From the IMG/VR virus record IMGVR_UViG_3300044513_000252, positions 1 through 27,631 of that record: a DNA stretch of 27,631 nt; one strand, written 5' to 3'. The translations under genes and the position numbers were made by a program. The DNA is from a virus (taxonomy: Duplodnaviria > Caudoviricetes). The notes beneath the pieces were generated by a model. That model was not told the origin of the DNA, did not search any database, and was given only the letters and a program-made list of their open reading frames with translations. Below, piece by piece: positions 25,595-27,631 of the stretch. Each line of letters begins with the position of its first letter. Position 1 is the first letter of the stretch.

Positions 25595-25836
25595 TGTTTA
25601 CTGAAGACGCCCTTATCAAGGCATACGCTGACCTTGGATGGGACCTATTTAATGATGACATTCATGTAGAAATCGGTGGTGTTGCTACCAGCGGCATCCA
25701 CCAAACTGAGGGGGCAAACCCTAAATGGGCACCCCCATTTGGCGAGATTCGATATCAGAACGATGCCTTTATCGTAATCAAAAATCGATCTCGTAGTCCA
25801 GTTACACCATCAAAACCAAATGACCCAAGTACCTGA
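25591..25836 (+). CDS. hypothetical protein
   Basis: 81 aa, ATGA-coupled. Confidence 0.78.
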   Translation: MMFTEDALIKAYADLGWDLFNDDIHVEIGGVATSGIHQTEGANPKWAPPFGEIRYQNDAFIVIKNRSRSPVTPSKPNDPST

Positions 25837-26335
25837 TATCTTTTTCCACTGCCGTGAGATTGGTCCCTTCGATGATTACGAATGGGTACACAAGTCCACG
25901 GATTACCTCTTCGGTGGCAAGCGTGTTGTAGTGTTTGCACTTCCTGGTGCCTTTACTCCCACTTGTTCTTCATTCCAACTTCCTGGATACGAGGAGAAGT
26001 ATGAGGAGTTTAAGGCAGCGGGTATTGATGAAGTGTATTGTCTGTCAGTCAATGACAGTTTTGTTATGAACGCATGGTTCAAACGAGAAGGTATTTCAAA
26101 TGTCAAACCACTTCCTGATGGTAGCGGCGAGTTTACTTATGCTATGGGTATGTCTGTCAATAAAGCGAACCTAGGTTTCGGTTTCCGTTCCTGGCGTTAT
26201 GCTATGGTAGTCAACGATGGCGAGATCGAAGAGATCTTTGAGGAACCTGGCAAGGTAGGCAACTGTCCTGCTGATCCTTACGTCATCAGTGATCCAGATA
26301 CCGTCCTTAGTTGGTTACGAACAGGAGTTAAGTAA
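25820..26335 (+). CDS. peroxiredoxin (Prx5/type II)
   Basis: PGAFTPTCS, CLSVNDSFVM, FRSWRYAM. Confidence 0.95.
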   Translation: MTQVPDIFFHCREIGPFDDYEWVHKSTDYLFGGKRVVVFALPGAFTPTCSSFQLPGYEEKYEEFKAAGIDEVYCLSVNDSFVMNAWFKREGISNVKPLPDGSGEFTYAMGMSVNKANLGFGFRSWRYAMVVNDGEIEEIFEEPGKVGNCPADPYVISDPDTVLSWLRTGVK

Positions 26336-26496
26336 TGCCTAATCCCAATGCACTCTACGAGGATATGCAGAAGTTGGACGATTTATACGAAGAACTTCTG
26401 TGGCATCCTGACGATGAGTTAGTATTCAGAATCGAATACTTTAGAGGAAAAGGCAGGATCATCATCTCAAACAAAACACAGGAGCAAAAACAATGA
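26335..26496 (+). CDS. small hypothetical protein (53 aa)
   Basis: MPNPNALYEDMQKLDDLYEELLWHPDDEL...; AGGAG RBS; coupled at both ends. Confidence 0.78.
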   Translation: MPNPNALYEDMQKLDDLYEELLWHPDDELVFRIEYFRGKGRIIISNKTQEQKQ

Positions 26497-26600
26497 ACGA
26501 ACGCGCAGAACGCATCAATGGCTGGGCAGCAATGATCGGAATCATGGCTGCAATGGGCAGTTACGCTGCCACTGGTCAGATCATCCCAGGTATCTGGTGA
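26493..26600 (+). CDS. hli: high-light-inducible protein (35 aa)
   Basis: MNERAERINGWAAMIGIMAAMGSYAATGQIIPGIW. Confidence 0.95.
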   Translation: MNERAERINGWAAMIGIMAAMGSYAATGQIIPGIW

Positions 26601-26605
26601 TCTAG

Positions 26606-26629
26606 AAGGACCCTTCGGGGTCCTTTTTT
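26606..26629 (+). terminator. Rho-independent terminator with UUCG tetraloop
   Basis: AAGGACCC-TTCG-GGGTCCTT then TTTT; CTAAATA late promoter follows at 26634. Confidence 0.92.
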
Positions 26630-26660
26630 CATACTAAATATTGCAGATTGACCTGATGTG

Positions 26661-26825
26661 ATGGAGACGAAATACAGATTAGAGGTAAACTATGAGGGCA
26701 AGTGGCATGTGCTGCAGCACTATATTGGTCTAACTAAAACCAAAGCAGACTGGTATCTCAAACTTTGTGATATGATGCCCGAGACTAACGGTCAAAAACG
26801 AGTGAGGTGTGTCGTAGATGATTGA
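26661..26825 (+). CDS. small hypothetical protein (54 aa)
   Basis: METKYRLEVNYEGKWHVL...RCVVDD; fills the gap after the late promoter. Confidence 0.7.
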   Translation: METKYRLEVNYEGKWHVLQHYIGLTKTKADWYLKLCDMMPETNGQKRVRCVVDD

Positions 26826-27093
26826 AGATTTTCGTAATGCTGACGGGTTTACAGACCATAGAACATTTTGTCTGTACTGTCTGGTGAAAAAGAACGAAGA
26901 GATTAGCATTGCTGCATATCATTTCTGTTCTGATATGGTCAAGTACAAGGTAGTTCAAGATCTTGTAGATGGTAGACCACTAGATTTTACGGATGCAGTT
27001 GTCAACTGCCTTGCTGACAGTGTGCATGAACACTGGATACGTTGGAAAACAAACAAATCTGAATGGATGGATTCGGTATGTATGAATCACTAA
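26818..27093 (+). CDS. hypothetical protein
   Basis: 91 aa ORF overlapping both neighbours. Confidence 0.72.
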   Translation: MIEDFRNADGFTDHRTFCLYCLVKKNEEISIAAYHFCSDMVKYKVVQDLVDGRPLDFTDAVVNCLADSVHEHWIRWKTNKSEWMDSVCMNH

Positions 27094-27263
27094 ACTGTTT
27101 TGAGGAAGCACTCAAACACTTCGGTACACGAGTAGAAATGATTACTGCCATGGAAGTGGCAAAGAAAATCTCACCTGAAGATGCTTATCAAGCAATCAAG
27201 ACAGAGATGAAAGAGGTTAAGGCGTGTCGTAAGAAGTTTAATCAAGGGGGAGGGTGCCACTAA
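27078..27263 (+). CDS. small helical hypothetical protein resembling a conserved cyanobacterial family
   Basis: LKHFGTRVEMITAME..KISPEDAYQAIK; start 27078 or 27063. Confidence 0.72.
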   Translation: MYESLNCFEEALKHFGTRVEMITAMEVAKKISPEDAYQAIKTEMKEVKACRKKFNQGGGCH

Positions 27264-27281
27264 GAGAACTGTCCCAAGGGG

Positions 27282-27315
27282 TTGACAGGTGGCGAAAACC
27301 GTACTATTATAAATA
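27282..27315 (+). promoter_or_regulatory. composite psbA promoter (sigma70 plus late)
   Basis: TTGACA-17 nt-TATTAT overlapping TATAAATA (27308-27315). Confidence 0.85.
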
Positions 27316-27363
27316 AGTCGAAGGGTTACGAAACTTAACAAAGTTTTGTTAATGCCGACGAAC

Positions 27364-27470
27364 CCCTGCCGTTTGACCGAGACTAGGCAGGTTTACCAAT
27401 CCGTCTCTCATATCCCTGCTGAGGGTGCAGGGAGCATAGTATCACCACCATTCCCCTGATGGTCTTACTA
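27364..27470 (+). ncRNA. PhotoRC-II-like structured psbA leader
   Basis: CCTGCC/GGCAGG stem, loop GAGAC pairing with GTCTC (pseudoknot), TCCCTGC-tgagggt-GCAGGGA, ACCAT/ATGGT hairpin; upstream of psbA. Confidence 0.75.
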
Positions 27471-27484
27471 CTTTTTACAAGACA

Positions 27485-27631
27485 ATGACTGCTACACTTT
27501 CACAACAACGTTCTACTAATGCCTGGGAACAGTTCTGTAACTGGGTAACCTCAACCGACAATCGTTTGTATGTTGGTTGGTTCGGTGTGCTGATGATTCC
27601 ATGCCTCTTGGCAGCAACCATCTGCTTCATC
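27485..27631 (+). CDS. psbA: photosystem II D1 protein (5' partial)
   Basis: [49 protein letters not shown]. Confidence 0.99.
   Translation, partial: MTATLSQQRSTNAWEQFCNWVTSTDNRLYVGWFGVLMIPCLLAATICFI

Overview
A 27.6-kb, gene-dense, entirely + strand segment of a T4-like marine cyanophage (cyanomyovirus; Synechococcus-type host is inferred). In order it contains: (1) the replication core (gp43 polymerase, uvsX, gp41 helicase, mazG); (2) a late-promoter block with a putative PD-(D/E)xK nuclease, a KxDG ligase-like protein, an HxGH nucleotidyltransferase and several probable head-internal or virion proteins; (3) gp61 primase and nrdA/nrdB; (4) an auxiliary-metabolic region with a tandem glutamine riboswitch, a DUF4278-like peptide, talC, 2OG-Fe(II) oxygenases, tRNA-Arg and tRNA-Val, two hli genes, petF and a peroxiredoxin; (5) the leader and 5' end of psbA. 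The most striking feature is at about 20168-20681. An NtcA box and a promoter precede two glutamine-riboswitch-like aptamers. The second aptamer is split by a complete 64-codon ORF, whose start codon lies inside a 12-bp long-range helix and whose stop codon lies inside the 3' conserved core. All family assignments come from motif recognition by eye; no database searches were run.
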